From an uncultured Candidatus Binatia bacterium (GTDB lineage: Bacteria; Desulfobacterota; Binatia; Bin18), in NCBI GenBank assembly GCA_965200965.1, contig OZ241744.1, positions 2,560,001-2,624,000 on the forward strand: a stretch of DNA of 64,000 bases, written 5' to 3'. The notes under the pieces were generated by a model. It was not told where the DNA came from. It made no database searches and saw nothing but the letters and a program-made list of their open reading frames with translations. Below are positions 63,858 to 64,000 of the stretch, piece by piece (position 1 is the stretch's first letter; each line of letters opens with the position of its first letter). The translations under genes were made by a program, and so were the position numbers.

Positions 63858-64000
63858 AGCGGACGGTCGCTGGCTTGGCCCAACAGGTATTTGCCCATCA
63901 GTTCGGCCACCCGGTCGGGGTGGGCGTTGATATGCAGCGGCATGGCCTGAAAGTCACGATAACGGCGCGCAAAGGACCCGCTCTCACGCAGGCCATTGCC
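63854..64000 (-). CDS. C-terminus of acyl-CoA dehydrogenase-like / flavin monooxygenase (partial)
   Basis: [37 protein letters not shown]. Confidence 0.5.
   Translation of the reverse strand, partial: GNGLRESGSFARRYRDFQAMPLHINAHPDRVAELMGKYLLGQASDRPL

Noticed and set aside
1-64000. tRNA, rRNA, riboswitch, integrase or prophage genes
   Set aside because: None recognised; intergenic spaces are short and mostly explained by promoters or palindromic elements. An Rfam/tRNAscan run would be needed to exclude small RNAs

Overview
GC-rich bacterial chromosomal window; gene content suggests a deltaproteobacterial/Binatia-like lineage (inference). It is mostly housekeeping (proS, ispD, carD, anmK, an rpoD paralogue, argA-like, addAB, rimI, uvrC, comEC, aspS, kdsD, uvrB, moxR, mltG, M23 peptidase, rplU-rpmA-obgE-proB-proA-nadD-rsfS, msrA). 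Four defence modules are dispersed among these genes: an EcoRI-family R-M pair inside carD-ispD, a second MTase/nuclease pair, an orphan HsdS, and McrBC whose McrB carries a ParB-like HTH. A PadR-led operon encodes two ExbB/ExbD pairs, a TonB-anchor-VWA protein and a large TPR protein. The most striking signal is three families of 30-55 bp palindromic mini-elements. Family A (AAAGACG..CGTCTTT) has about 20 copies, family B (GGGAATCGTGA..TCACGATTCCC) about 9, and family C (GTGAAYGTGTC..GACACRTTCAC) 3. Many copies sit in frame inside conserved proteins and add a recurrent peptide (K-T-x-R-P-H-R-S-x-x-x-R-Q-D-D-A-S), and neighbouring copies tend to be the most similar. Other features missing from the ORF track: a circularly permuted SCP2, a comEA split by one in-frame TGA, a triply frameshifted type II PanK, and a 53-aa ORF after rpoD. 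No rRNA, tRNA, CRISPR array, integrase or transposase was recognised. All alignments were done by eye; no database searches were run.
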